Shown piece after piece: positions 1 to 10,532 of a stretch of 64,000 bases of DNA. The position numbers and the translations under genes were made by a program. Position 1 is the first letter of the stretch. Each line of letters begins with the position of its first letter. Where the stretch lies: the sequence record OR887633. One strand, given 5' to 3'. Source of the stretch: Shigella phage vb_GEC_SH_GT. The notes under the pieces are model-generated. The model did no database searches, was not told the DNA's origin, and saw only the letters and a list, made by a program, of their open reading frames with translations.

Positions 1-58
1 TCAATCAGTTTAGCTACCGGATTTGGTGTATATTCAGGATTATAATTAAATTTCATAA

Positions 59-598
59 TTATCTCATTTCAATAAAATCTACGAGTTCAGCATGGGATTT
101 ACGGAACATTACTTGGTGCCCGCCAATGATAACTTCATCTTCAGGAACTTCGTATACAGCGAGATAAAATCCTTTAGAAGATAATTCTTCCCGCTCTTCT
201 CGTGTGAACCATCTCATCATATCATATTCACTAGCGAAAGCAAAATGATAAAGAGCTATAAACCATCCTGGAATATGATATTCTACTCCAACATAATCTT
301 TCTTGAACTTAGTATTAATTACTATATTAGCGTTTTTAACTAATAGTTTATCTTCGTGTGGTAAAGGAATTCTTTTATTATTATCGCTATGATGCATAAA
401 ATTAGGTCTGTCATAACCTACGTGTAATAGCCACTCTTCGCTCCATGAATCTATTATACTCCTGTACGGTGTTATTTGAACACAAAGATTTCGACGTATT
501 GTTATAGCATCTTCATAATCAAGAATACTAAACGATGATTCAACACGATAAATTTTCATTTTATTATCCTCAGTAGCTATGGTGTTATAATACCACAA
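59..598 (-). CDS. hypothetical protein (179 aa) downstream of dexA
   Basis: Long ORF in the minus-strand operon immediately after dexA; no motif recognised. Confidence 0.5.
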   Translation of the reverse strand: MWYYNTIATEDNKMKIYRVESSFSILDYEDAITIRRNLCVQITPYRSIIDSWSEEWLLHVGYDRPNFMHHSDNNKRIPLPHEDKLLVKNANIVINTKFKKDYVGVEYHIPGWFIALYHFAFASEYDMMRWFTREEREELSSKGFYLAVYEVPEDEVIIGGHQVMFRKSHAELVDFIEMR

Positions 599-622
599 CT
601 AACCGAGGAAGTAAACAACTTT

Positions 623-1306
623 TTATCGTTTTGTTGGAAGAGATAGAGGATCGCACTCTTCTTCTGACGGAGCATCTTCAAGACCCATAGCATATCGCAA
701 AGCATACTTCATCATCAGGATGTCTTTCGCACAGTCATGAATAGAATCATGCGCAACGAATCCATCTAAAGTTCCCTTTGGAAGAGGACACGTGGTCATA
801 TCACGAACAAGGAGAAGTGCTTCAATTCTGGTACGAATATCACGCTGATTCCAGAATTTACATGGTTCTAACTTAAATGTGTCAAGTTCATTCTCAGAAA
901 CGCCATTAAGACGTTGAATATCGCGAATGAGATCGACTAAAATTGGAAAATCAAACGACATTCCACGGCACCAGCCTTGAGATTTCCAAGGATCGATATT
1001 ATGTGCATTGATGTAATCATTAAATTTTACAATACCATCGATGGTGCTTACATCTTCATCTGATGGTGCAATATTTTTTCGAGCTTCAGGAGACTGATTT
1101 TTCCACCATTCGATAGTGCTTTTAGTAAAAAGACGATGTCCTTTTTGGCTTTTTAAATCAAATTTGATTTTAATGCCACGTGAAACTAATTCATCGAACG
1201 TTTCAACCACTTCTGGATTAGGGTCAAAGGCAATAACAGCCAAATCAATAACAGCTGCCTTTTCACCGCTTCCCATTGTTTCAAAATCTATAATAAAATC
1301 AAACAT
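623..1306 (-). CDS. dexA: exonuclease A (3'-5' DNA exonuclease)
   Basis: 227 aa; N-terminus MFDFIIDFETMG with acidic DEDD-type residues; same length and position next to dda as T4 DexA. Confidence 0.85.
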   Translation of the reverse strand: MFDFIIDFETMGSGEKAAVIDLAVIAFDPNPEVVETFDELVSRGIKIKFDLKSQKGHRLFTKSTIEWWKNQSPEARKNIAPSDEDVSTIDGIVKFNDYINAHNIDPWKSQGWCRGMSFDFPILVDLIRDIQRLNGVSENELDTFKLEPCKFWNQRDIRTRIEALLLVRDMTTCPLPKGTLDGFVAHDSIHDCAKDILMMKYALRYAMGLEDAPSEEECDPLSLPTKR

Positions 1307-1548
1307 TAAATTTTCCTCGCTAAATCGCGAATTTGACCTACAGTATAATCTTGGATATAAACTTTATTAATGGGCTCATCAATAAATTTTTCCATAGATT
1401 CAATATCTTTTTGTATCTCTTCAAGACTGTATACTATCTTTGAAGCTTTTTCGCGAATAGTAACATTATCAGGTCCTGGATTTTCCTCAATGACAGCTTT
1501 AACATTTGTCATAAGAGATTTAAACTGATGCAAACTTAATTCAATCAT
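1306..1548 (-). CDS. small hypothetical protein, paralog of next ORF
   Basis: Track ORF 1306..1581 trimmed to internal Met; C-terminal LEEIQKDI...DYTVGQI mirrors LEEIERDL...DYVLGEI of the next ORF. Confidence 0.45.
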   Translation of the reverse strand: MIELSLHQFKSLMTNVKAVIEENPGPDNVTIREKASKIVYSLEEIQKDIESMEKFIDEPINKVYIQDYTVGQIRDLARKI

Positions 1549-1801
1549 TAATAATCGCCTTATAAAGATGACTAATTTCACCTAAAACATAATCACTGAT
1601 TGTAACAGTTTTCACTTCACCACAAAAGAATTCTAACGCAATCAAATCTCGTTCAATTTCTTCTAGTTGAAGCATTAACTTGCCTGATTTAATTTTTACA
1701 TTTGTACAATTTTTACTATAAGCTATTTCATAAATTTCACTCACTTTATCTTGAAGCAGATAAAACTGGTCTTTAGTTATTTCCACAAATAGCTTCCTCA
1801 A
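1541..1801 (-). CDS. small hypothetical protein (86 aa), paralog of previous
   Basis: ORF in operon between dexA and dda; shared C-terminal motif with 1306..1548. Confidence 0.45.
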   Translation of the reverse strand: MRKLFVEITKDQFYLLQDKVSEIYEIAYSKNCTNVKIKSGKLMLQLEEIERDLIALEFFCGEVKTVTISDYVLGEISHLYKAIIND

Positions 1802-2033
1802 ATTTAATCAGCAGCTTACAGACACTTTCATCTAGCGTAATTACCGTATCTGTATTACTGTGATATGATTGTTTTTCAATTCGTTTAATTGCTAGTATAG
1901 TATCACTTATAAGATTAAGCTTATAAAGGAGCTCAGCTCCTGTTACCATAACACTGAGGTTATCTTGCTTATCAGTATGCTTCTTTATACCATCTATTAG
2001 ACGATTTAAATATTTTGAATTGATGTTAATCAT
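1773..2033 (-). CDS. small hypothetical protein (86 aa)
   Basis: ORF packed directly downstream of dda; start uncertain. Confidence 0.4.
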   Translation of the reverse strand: MININSKYLNRLIDGIKKHTDKQDNLSVMVTGAELLYKLNLISDTILAIKRIEKQSYHSNTDTVITLDESVCKLLIKFEEAICGNN

Positions 2034-2039
2034 ATATCC

Positions 2040-3359
2040 TCACACATAAAACACATCATAACGACCACGAGTGACACCAACATAAAGAAGCTGCTGAGCT
2101 AGTTCAGCATCTGCATAATGAATACAAGGCGTATAAATGAAAGCACGGTCTACAGACATGCCCTGCGCTTTATGGAATGTTGATGCAGGAAGTGCTTTCA
2201 CTTTACTAAACTGTGATTTAGCATCCCAAAAATCACTCCATGGAGCTTTTCCGCCTTTATTCCAATTTTTGTAAGTTTCTGCAGTTTTACCTAAAAATAG
2301 GTTAAACTTATATAGCTCTTCATCAGATGAAATTATTTTAATCTTTTCACGATAATATTCATCATCGCCGTAAGTTTCTACTGTTAAATCCCAATGACGA
2401 ATTAGATATTCTCCAGAAACACCACGAGCTTTAACAAATGTTGATGTATACTCTGCTTCTATAATACGAACTAATTGTCCGTTATTAAAAATAATTTCTG
2501 ACACAGGCTTTCCATCAATTTTATATGTTTTAATTAATGGTTCCTGCATTACAATAATTTCACCAACGATAAAATCTTTATCAGTTTCAAAAATCTTTTT
2601 ACGAATAATGCTATTTAACTTATCAACAGATTTATTCGTAAATGCCATTACGCGATTTTCAAACAAATCATCTAGTGATTTTACGATTGAAAAATAATTT
2701 ACCATAAAATCGCGTAAAGCGGTATCACCAGTAAATCCACGTACTCCATGTCCGTCAACAACTTTATCATAAATCCACTTACCGTTACGAACATCAGTAG
2801 CTACATCAATAATAGGAGCATTACTGCGTTTAACTTCAGTGAGTTCACACTGATAAAAATCTTTGTGCGTAAAGAATGGACTGATATAAGCAGTGTTTTC
2901 TCCTGGGTCAACAGGTCTAATTTGCTTATTATCGCCTATTCCAATTATAGTACACCATGGCGGGATAGTTGAAAGCAGAATTTTAAATAGCTTTCTATCA
3001 TACATTGACACTTCGTCGCAGATTAATACTCTGCATTTAGCCAAATCTGGTACTTCTTTTTGTTCAAAAAGAACGTTTTCTTCGTATGTTACCGGGTTAA
3101 TTTTAAGAATACTGTGAATAGTACTCGCTTCTTTCCCTGATAGTTTTGAAAGAATCTTTTTAGCTGCATGTGTAGGAGCTGCTAAAATAATTCCAGTTTC
3201 GCCTGTAGATATTAAGGCTTCAATGATGAACTTAGTAAGAGTAGTCTTACCAGTACCAGCAGGTCCATTAATAGTTACATGATGTTTCTTTTCTTTGATA
3301 GCCCTCATAACAATGTTAAAGGCATTTTTCTGGCCTTCGGTCAAATCATCAAATGTCAT
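2040..3359 (-). CDS. dda: Dda DNA helicase (SF1B)
   Basis: 439 aa; Walker A GPAGTGKTT, helicase motifs; length and N-terminus MTFDDLTEGQKNAF as T4 Dda. Confidence 0.95.
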   Translation of the reverse strand: MTFDDLTEGQKNAFNIVMRAIKEKKHHVTINGPAGTGKTTLTKFIIEALISTGETGIILAAPTHAAKKILSKLSGKEASTIHSILKINPVTYEENVLFEQKEVPDLAKCRVLICDEVSMYDRKLFKILLSTIPPWCTIIGIGDNKQIRPVDPGENTAYISPFFTHKDFYQCELTEVKRSNAPIIDVATDVRNGKWIYDKVVDGHGVRGFTGDTALRDFMVNYFSIVKSLDDLFENRVMAFTNKSVDKLNSIIRKKIFETDKDFIVGEIIVMQEPLIKTYKIDGKPVSEIIFNNGQLVRIIEAEYTSTFVKARGVSGEYLIRHWDLTVETYGDDEYYREKIKIISSDEELYKFNLFLGKTAETYKNWNKGGKAPWSDFWDAKSQFSKVKALPASTFHKAQGMSVDRAFIYTPCIHYADAELAQQLLYVGVTRGRYDVFYV

Positions 3360-3667
3360 CGTAAATTCCCTGCAATTGGTATACTAACAATACGCCCAGT
3401 ATCTAAAATTCGCCGATATAATCTTTGTGTGTCTACATCAGGCTTAACATGTTTAACTTCTATTTTATTAAACCAAAACTTGCGTGGAGTCTCAACTAAT
3501 CTCGGAATTCCCATACCTAAAGCTAGTTGATACTGCTCTTTAAGAGTAGTAAATACTTTATCAGCAATCTCCCTTTCAAAAAATACAGCAGGACGATGTT
3601 CATCAAGAGGAACAGGCACCGCAAATCCATCTTTATCTCTATACACTATCGCATATACATAAAACAT
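3356..3667 (-). CDS. hypothetical protein (dda.1 position)
   Basis: 103 aa ORF overlapping dda start by 4 nt (translational coupling). Confidence 0.5.
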   Translation of the reverse strand: MFYVYAIVYRDKDGFAVPVPLDEHRPAVFFEREIADKVFTTLKEQYQLALGMGIPRLVETPRKFWFNKIEVKHVKPDVDTQRLYRRILDTGRIVSIPIAGNLR

Positions 3668-3668
3668 A

Positions 3669-4415
3669 TTATCCTCGGATAAGTTTAAAAATTGAACAAT
3701 TTAGCGGGTATCCTCTTTTCAGTTTAAGTTTATCAATAAAAGACAAGTTTTGATACCGCTCTACACCTTGAATAATTTTATCACACATATCATATTGCAT
3801 TTCTGCTTCTGACAACTTTTTCACGGTTTTCCAATCTGAGCCTTTAAGAAGAACATTCAATTTAACAACTTCAGCGCCTTCTGCTATACGAGAACCATCA
3901 ATACGAGCTTTAAGTGCTATAATCGTTAGCTTAACGTCAGAGGTTTGTTTTGATTTAGAAAGCTGAGAAATGTGCTCAATTCGGTTTTCGCGTTTTTTCT
4001 GTATAGCTTTAATTTGATTATAAGTCTTTTTGATTTTAGCCCATTTCTTTTCATCTAAATTTAGTTTATGAACTTTTTTCGCAGATGAACGACCAATTCG
4101 CAAAGCAAATAAATCACGCTTTTCAATCAACTCTTCTAAAGTATAATCAGAACGAAATGTATTATACTTTTTCTTTACAGCAATAACATTCCCTTTAATG
4201 TATCCAACGTTATTATCAAAACGTTCTAATGATAATTTCTCTCCTTCAATACGATTATCAAAAGGTTCTCCCGAGTAAGCACAAACTTTCTGATCTAAAA
4301 TGTTCTTAATGTAATTGAAGTCTAAGTTAAAATCTTTAGAACGTCTTTTAGCAGATGCCTGAGTATGCTCTAGACGACGTGTAATTTTACGAATTTGATT
4401 TTTAGACAGTTTCAT
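3669..4415 (-). CDS. Srd-like protein (putative sigma-related early protein)
   Basis: 248 aa basic protein at the T4 srd position between dda.1 and modA; assignment by synteny and size only. Confidence 0.5.
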   Translation of the reverse strand: MKLSKNQIRKITRRLEHTQASAKRRSKDFNLDFNYIKNILDQKVCAYSGEPFDNRIEGEKLSLERFDNNVGYIKGNVIAVKKKYNTFRSDYTLEELIEKRDLFALRIGRSSAKKVHKLNLDEKKWAKIKKTYNQIKAIQKKRENRIEHISQLSKSKQTSDVKLTIIALKARIDGSRIAEGAEVVKLNVLLKGSDWKTVKKLSEAEMQYDMCDKIIQGVERYQNLSFIDKLKLKRGYPLNCSIFKLIRG

Positions 4416-4445
4416 ATTTTTCTCACGGACGGTTAACTACTTATA

Positions 4446-4476
4446 CTATATCATTTTTACTTCAGCTTGTAAACAA
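4446..4476 (-). promoter_or_regulatory. T4-type early promoter (upstream of srd-like gene)
   Basis: Minus strand -35 GTTTAC and -10 TATAGT-like with ~17 bp spacer. Confidence 0.5.
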
Positions 4477-4530
4477 CTTTATGAAAAATGCTTTAAAACT
4501 TTCATGGTATAATGAATCTAAGTCCTTCCA

Positions 4531-5133
4531 TTATAGATTAAATCCTTCAAAGTCAAGAGTATAGATAGTGTATGTTGAATACTTTTTATACTCGTATCTA
4601 TCCGCAATTCTAAATACACTTCCAGCTGGTATCATTACTTCTTGTTCATCTGAAACTAATTCCATATTACGATAGCGATGGCTATCTGGAAACTTAAAAC
4701 TTGGACTATATTCTTTACAACGTAGAGCTTTTATAGCATACTCCTGAAAATTAAATACCATAGGAGCTTTGAATTCAAAAATAACTTGTGTATTGTATTC
4801 TAATCCAGAAGCAAAATGCAGAGCTATATTTTTATCATATGAAGCTGATACTACTTTATCGAATGTAATAATATCAATTCCTTGATTTAACGCCTGCTTA
4901 GTCTCAACTGGAACACCTCTCCAAAGAGGTTTATCGTTTGGAACCAAACGAGATTTGATTATTTCATTTAACCAAGAATGATCGTCTGGCTTATTAGTAA
5001 TACAATGAATTAAAAGTTCAATTTCAGATAAATTAAATCCTTCAGAAAGTAATTCTTCGCGAATAGAAGCACGCACCGATGCATCCATTGATTTGATTTT
5101 AAAATCTTTTAATTGCATTGCTGAATATTTCAT
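4531..5133 (-). CDS. modA: mono-ADP-ribosyltransferase ModA
   Basis: 200 aa; R-S-E ART triad context (LWRGV, SAS, QEVMIP); position between srd and modB. Confidence 0.8.
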   Translation of the reverse strand: MKYSAMQLKDFKIKSMDASVRASIREELLSEGFNLSEIELLIHCITNKPDDHSWLNEIIKSRLVPNDKPLWRGVPVETKQALNQGIDIITFDKVVSASYDKNIALHFASGLEYNTQVIFEFKAPMVFNFQEYAIKALRCKEYSPSFKFPDSHRYRNMELVSDEQEVMIPAGSVFRIADRYEYKKYSTYTIYTLDFEGFNL

Positions 5134-5765
5134 TCAACTACCTCAATATCATACACTTTAAATGTTCCAAATGAATCGTGTAATTTTTCTTTTGAAATAG
5201 AAGTTATTTTATACTTTCCAATTGGAATCATCCATTCTTGTTCATGTACAATCATCATTAAGTTATCAGTACGTTCTGAATCTAATCCATCGGTATCTTC
5301 ATATGTATACTTAAACTCAGTATTAGGAGAAGAAAGTATAATATCGCTGATATGGTCAGAGTAATTAAAAGCTTTATCAGTTTTTAAGCGAAATATTATT
5401 TCAGTGAAATATTCAGCATAAGAAAAAGAACACGCTGTATGCAAACTAGTAGTAAATGAATCTACTCTGTTCGTTGAAAACACTTCTCCAACTTGTAAAT
5501 CTTTAATGAGTTCTTTTGTCGATTTTGATATACCACGATATAACTGATAAGGTGATTCAGTTAAATGCTTTTTAATGATTTTATTCAACTGCCGATGAAG
5601 AGCTTCATTCTTTTTGGCTTCCATACATTGCCAAAGAACTGACTGTTCAAAGTCAGTAAATTTTTCACAGACCTTTTTATACATATCATATTGAAAATCG
5701 ACACTTTCAGCTTTTATAGATAACTGTTCAACATCTGCAGGATTAATAATCATGATAGCCTCCAT
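5130..5765 (-). CDS. modB: mono-ADP-ribosyltransferase ModB
   Basis: 211 aa paralog of ModA (YRGIS, FSTNR, EQEWMIP); overlaps modA by 4 nt. Confidence 0.75.
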   Translation of the reverse strand: MEAIMIINPADVEQLSIKAESVDFQYDMYKKVCEKFTDFEQSVLWQCMEAKKNEALHRQLNKIIKKHLTESPYQLYRGISKSTKELIKDLQVGEVFSTNRVDSFTTSLHTACSFSYAEYFTEIIFRLKTDKAFNYSDHISDIILSSPNTEFKYTYEDTDGLDSERTDNLMMIVHEQEWMIPIGKYKITSISKEKLHDSFGTFKVYDIEVVE

Positions 5766-5820
5766 ATACTTCAGAAGCTATCATATCATCGTTAGAAAGG
5801 AAAGTAAACAACTTTTTGAA

Positions 5821-6003
5821 TTATTTTGCCCAGGGAGCCCAGGGCGGAGGGTCAAGATGGTATGAAGCTAGTTCTTCTAGAAGAGCATCTGGGGCTTCAA
5901 TTCCATAATTCTGTAATACTATACGGTACTCTTTCTTATAATCACTAGAATCATTCTGGATATTCGTAGAATGATTATCTTCTAACATCTCAAATAAATC
6001 CAT
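5821..6003 (-). CDS. hypothetical protein (60 aa)
   Basis: Small ORF in the modB-soc interval; no motif. Confidence 0.4.
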   Translation of the reverse strand: MDLFEMLEDNHSTNIQNDSSDYKKEYRIVLQNYGIEAPDALLEELASYHLDPPPWAPWAK

Positions 6004-6011
6004 ATTAATTC

Positions 6012-6494
6012 CTAGCGATAAAAACCAAATTGACGATTAGCTTCAATAATCTTTCTTTCTTCTTCGGACATTCTCCAGCGTAGTCCAACATCAAAATGAG
6101 CCCAGACCATCTTAATGAATGCATTTATATCTTTAATATCTTCAATAATGAATGTTTTACTTTTAGAAGGTTGACCTGCTAAATTAAGTGCTAATTTAAC
6201 TTTATCGTCTTCAAACAGGTCAAAAAGACCATATTCATGAGCTCTTTTATAGCCTTTAATAGTTAAAGCTTCAGAAGAAGAAAATGGTGAATCAGTATTC
6301 TGCAAAATATCTTCAGTATGCTTTATAATTAGAATAACATTTTCTGGATATTTTCTTTCTTTTATATCTTTAATTAAAAGATTCGGATTTTCTGCTAAAG
6401 GAATAATTAATGAGCACTTTTTGTCAAGCGTATTTACTGATTTACCTTCTTTAGACATAAATTCTATTGAATATAGTTTTGCTACTTCAATCAT
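6012..6494 (-). CDS. hypothetical protein (160 aa)
   Basis: ORF with SD GGAAA before ATG; modB-soc interval (mrh/srh region of T4). Confidence 0.5.
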   Translation of the reverse strand: MIEVAKLYSIEFMSKEGKSVNTLDKKCSLIIPLAENPNLLIKDIKERKYPENVILIIKHTEDILQNTDSPFSSSEALTIKGYKRAHEYGLFDLFEDDKVKLALNLAGQPSKSKTFIIEDIKDINAFIKMVWAHFDVGLRWRMSEEERKIIEANRQFGFYR

Positions 6495-6647
6495 ATGATT
6501 TCCTCTTGCCTACTAATGGACCGTCAGGAATTTTGTTTTCCTGGATATATTTCTCATTTTCTTCCATCATTTTACTGCCAATTTTAAGAAGCAAATCCAA
6601 TGCTTCATTTGCTTTAGCCTTGGCCTCTTCTAACGTCATATCTTTAT

Positions 6648-6851
6648 TCATGATTTATCCCCATAGATGTCTCTCATCAATTTAAGCGCTGAGCGTTCTA
6701 ATTTCTTTTCTTTCTCAACGCTAATCATTGATTTCATCCATTCTTCTGATTCGTTCTGCATTTCTTTATTTGCTTGTTCAACCCAACCATCATCAATGTA
6801 CATTGAGTTTGGTCTACTGAACCATTCAAACATTTTCTTCAGAACTTTCAT
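6648..6851 (-). CDS. hypothetical protein (67 aa)
   Basis: Small ORF in operon. Confidence 0.4.
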   Translation of the reverse strand: MKVLKKMFEWFSRPNSMYIDDGWVEQANKEMQNESEEWMKSMISVEKEKKLERSALKLMRDIYGDKS

Positions 6852-7323
6852 TTATTTTACCTAAAACAACAGTAGGAGCATCGTCAAATTTATGAATTTT
6901 GAGTAAATTTGGATTTAAATTATTCCATAAAGAGGTAATAAAATATGATAGCGCATTTTCTTCCGTAATTATAAATTTATTTCCCTTATCTATTTTCCAG
7001 TCATATATTGAATCATATGAATATAATGGCAGCGGTTTATTGTTATAATATGCTTCAGCAACATCAATATAGTTAGATTTAGTAAATGCTTGAATTGACA
7101 TAAATGGAGAATTTCGTACAGTTTCAATAATTCCGATCTTTTTAAGTTTTATTTCAACATCTTCTGGAACTGGCATTGAAATAAAATCTTCTACTAGATA
7201 CATGCTATTATCATATCTTTTATCAATCATTACTGCTACTGTAATTGGAACGTCTTTAGCAAACGACATACTATTACTGCTAATATACATTTCAAACAAA
7301 ATCGCTTCCATAATTTTCCTCAA
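6826..7323 (-). CDS. hypothetical protein (165 aa)
   Basis: ORF in operon; no motif. Confidence 0.5.
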   Translation of the reverse strand: MRKIMEAILFEMYISSNSMSFAKDVPITVAVMIDKRYDNSMYLVEDFISMPVPEDVEIKLKKIGIIETVRNSPFMSIQAFTKSNYIDVAEAYYNNKPLPLYSYDSIYDWKIDKGNKFIITEENALSYFITSLWNNLNPNLLKIHKFDDAPTVVLGKINESSEENV

Positions 7324-7661
7324 TCACAAGATGTAGATGAACAATTAGAATCACAAGAACTTCCACATGAATCGCCCGTCCATACATGAACAGGAACATT
7401 AGTGTCATATGAATCAGAACTAGACTGTGTATTCTGTGTATTAGATGATGTAGTAGGTGTTGACCAGCGCCAAGGATTTTTATAATATTCCTGGGCTTCT
7501 TCATAAGTCATAGTAACTGCTTCTACTGTTCCATCTCCCATATAAACGTATTCAACTACAGTTAAAGGAAGGTAGTCATTTGAAATAGGAACTACACCTT
7601 CTCCGGGAGTTGTAGAGAAAAAATCCGTAAAGAAACTTTTAAACCAATTAAAGATAAACAT
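7320..7661 (-). CDS. hypothetical protein with Ser/Thr-rich linker and Cys-rich C-terminal tail
   Basis: 113 aa; C-terminus [18 protein letters not shown] preceded by a [15 protein letters not shown] low-complexity stretch. Confidence 0.5.
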   Translation of the reverse strand: MFIFNWFKSFFTDFFSTTPGEGVVPISNDYLPLTVVEYVYMGDGTVEAVTMTYEEAQEYYKNPWRWSTPTTSSNTQNTQSSSDSYDTNVPVHVWTGDSCGSSCDSNCSSTSCD

Positions 7662-7867
7662 TACAAAAAGCCTCTCTTGAATTCGACTTGCTTCTCGCCA
7701 TAATCATATCGAATCTCTGCATTAAATTCGACAGAACCATCTGCGTACATCATAAATGAATGCACAACAACTTCTGTAGACCATGGCTGCAGTTCATATT
7801 TCTTCATTACATGCCGTGAAATGATAATATCTAAATCTTCGTTTGGTTTAATCCAGCGATTTAACAT
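7661..7867 (-). CDS. hypothetical protein (68 aa)
   Basis: First ORF after an early promoter at 7894..7923. Confidence 0.45.
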   Translation of the reverse strand: MLNRWIKPNEDLDIIISRHVMKKYELQPWSTEVVVHSFMMYADGSVEFNAEIRYDYGEKQVEFKRGFL

Positions 7868-7893
7868 AGTGCTCTCCTCTATAAGATAATTCT

Positions 7894-7923
7894 ATTATAC
7901 CATACTCATTTTAGAAAGTAAAC
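7894..7923 (-). promoter_or_regulatory. T4-type early promoter
   Basis: Minus strand GTTTAC...TGGTATAAT; next to the soc terminator. Confidence 0.6.
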
Positions 7924-7932
7924 CGGTAAAAT

Positions 7933-7957
7933 GAAAAAAGGACTCCCGAAGGAGTCC
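7933..7957 (-). terminator. intrinsic terminator with UUCG tetraloop (after soc)
   Basis: Minus strand GGACUCC-UUCG-GGAGUCC followed by UUUUUU. Confidence 0.7.
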
Positions 7958-7965
7958 TTGAATTA

Positions 7966-8202
7966 TTAACCACCTATTTGTGTAGGCGTAAACATTGCAG
8001 CATTCTTAGTTTTCCAGTCAGCTGCATCAGAAACTACAGTAGAATATGCCGCCTTTTCAGAAGGAAAGGTCTGATAATGAGAATCTGCAATACGGTGTTC
8101 ATTTGAATATACATCAAATGCTACAGAAACTTCCATACCTTTAACTTCTTTGCCTTCACCCGCTGGATGAGTAAAGGTCTTGATGTTAACGAAACCACCC
8201 AT
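7966..8202 (-). CDS. soc: small outer capsid protein Soc
   Basis: 78 aa; YVNIKTF...HYQTFPSEKAAYSTV matches Soc (closer to RB69-type than T4 as I recall); late promoter TATAAATA upstream. Confidence 0.9.
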   Translation of the reverse strand: MGGFVNIKTFTHPAGEGKEVKGMEVSVAFDVYSNEHRIADSHYQTFPSEKAAYSTVVSDAADWKTKNAAMFTPTQIGG

Positions 8203-8233
8203 AATAAACTCCTTTATTGTTTAATTACAAGTG

Positions 8234-8241
8234 TATTTATA
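8234..8241 (-). promoter_or_regulatory. T4-type late promoter TATAAATA for soc
   Basis: Minus-strand TATAAATA about 30 nt upstream of the soc start codon. Confidence 0.6.
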
Positions 8242-9088
8242 AACCATTTTCAAACCTCTTTATCATATTTATATAGTTTTCATCGGGATAACCTAGACTA
8301 ACTGCTAACTTTCTAAAATTGACATATTTAGGTTTGTTGTTATTAATCCATAATTCTCTAAGCTCTTTTTCATAATTCCATTTAAGTTGATTTCTGCGTG
8401 CAGTTTTGCTTAAAGTTTTTCCTTTAGCTTTTAAAGCTTTTTCGGATGATTGTTTTAATTTTTGAATATTTAAAACTTCTTCTATAGATAAATTATTTTC
8501 CTTTGAATACCTTATGCAAAAATCTTTTACTACGGCTATTAGGCAATTTTTGTGAGTACCTAAAATTTCTGGATTATTTTCTTCAACTAAAATTCCCCAA
8601 TATCTTCTGTAGCGAGGCATATCCCTTGAAATCCAGTCATTATACCAAAAATCAAAGTTGGAATACATGAAAGATTTTCTTTTGCGAAGAGTATCTTGGT
8701 TTATCCATTGCTCACGTTTATCAGCCCATAACTTAATAGTAAAGTCTTTCTCTAAGTCAGAAAGCTTCTTAAATTGCGAGCTATTTACTGAGGTCATTCT
8801 CTGGAATGCATTTAGCAATCCAAATCTTCCAGTTGAACATAAGAGATAGTGAACATATATGTGTTGATATATTGGGAGATATACTCTATTCCAAGGATAT
8901 ATTTTAAAATCACTATACTCAGGAAATGCGCATTTAGGAAGTATATGATGGGCTTCTGTTTTAGATTTAATGTGAGTGTTTAACTTATACTTATCTATAA
9001 TTTTTAAGTACTCATCTAAAAGTTCCCATTGCGGGAACTTTTCTTTAAGAGCAGATTTGAAATTAATATCCATTATCTTGACGTTCAA
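8237..9088 (-). CDS. free-standing HNH homing endonuclease (Mob-like)
   Basis: 283 aa; EAHHILPKC...N...H...H spacing matches the HNH motifs of ORFs 25678..26394 and 47340..48119; sits where T4 has segF. Confidence 0.7.
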   Translation of the reverse strand: MNVKIMDINFKSALKEKFPQWELLDEYLKIIDKYKLNTHIKSKTEAHHILPKCAFPEYSDFKIYPWNRVYLPIYQHIYVHYLLCSTGRFGLLNAFQRMTSVNSSQFKKLSDLEKDFTIKLWADKREQWINQDTLRKRKSFMYSNFDFWYNDWISRDMPRYRRYWGILVEENNPEILGTHKNCLIAVVKDFCIRYSKENNLSIEEVLNIQKLKQSSEKALKAKGKTLSKTARRNQLKWNYEKELRELWINNNKPKYVNFRKLAVSLGYPDENYINMIKRFENGL

Positions 9089-9581
9089 AATTATGTTTGT
9101 TCTTCAGGTAATAAAGTTTAAAGATTTCTTCAGCTGTAAGACCAAGACCCTGGAACATATTCAGAACGAAATGAAGAATATCAATCATTTCAAATTTAAT
9201 TTCTAACTGGTCTTGCGGAGACAAATCAGTAATTAGAGTTTCACGGCGTTCACCATGTTGAGCTTTCCAAGGCTTCCATACAGCAGATGCATCTTTTTCG
9301 CCATTGCTCATACCGCCAAGAGAAGTTAGAAGTTCGCGGAATTCATCATCAATATAATCTTTCTGATTGCGCAGCCAATCAACAACTTCACCTGCGGTAG
9401 CCAAATCATCAGGATGACGGTTATATTCAGGTTTATCTTTAGCTAAACGAACCTGTAGAGATTTCTGCATATCAAGCATAACCTGCAGCGGGTCTTTTTC
9501 ATCACCAAGAATATCCCAGTATTCATTTTGAGCTTTATCAACACCTTCGATCAAATGAGCGCATTCATTAAAATATGCCAT
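9063..9581 (-). CDS. 56: dCTP/dCDP pyrophosphatase gp56
   Basis: Start trimmed to MAYFNECAHLIEG; MazG-like all-alpha NTP pyrophosphatase; position soc-56-dam. Confidence 0.85.
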   Translation of the reverse strand: MAYFNECAHLIEGVDKAQNEYWDILGDEKDPLQVMLDMQKSLQVRLAKDKPEYNRHPDDLATAGEVVDWLRNQKDYIDDEFRELLTSLGGMSNGEKDASAVWKPWKAQHGERRETLITDLSPQDQLEIKFEMIDILHFVLNMFQGLGLTAEEIFKLYYLKNKHNFERQDNGY

Positions 9582-9641
9582 TATTTTTCCTTTCAATTCA
9601 TCAATAAGTTAAATAATTATATCATTTGAATATGTAAGCAA

Positions 9642-10430
<789 letters not shown>

Positions 10431-10532
10431 TCATTTATTGCAGCAAAAAACGAATTATATAATTCTTCATCATATGTATTTGATAGTAATACTAACACGT
10501 TTTGCGATAAATATTAATTTAAAGGAGGACAT

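Noticed and set aside
4484-4513. Plus-strand MotA-box-like TGCTTTA with TGgTATAAT 12 nt downstream
   Set aside because: It would drive transcription antisense into modA. More likely it is a chance match within the AT-rich upstream region of the minus-strand early promoter at 4446..4476.
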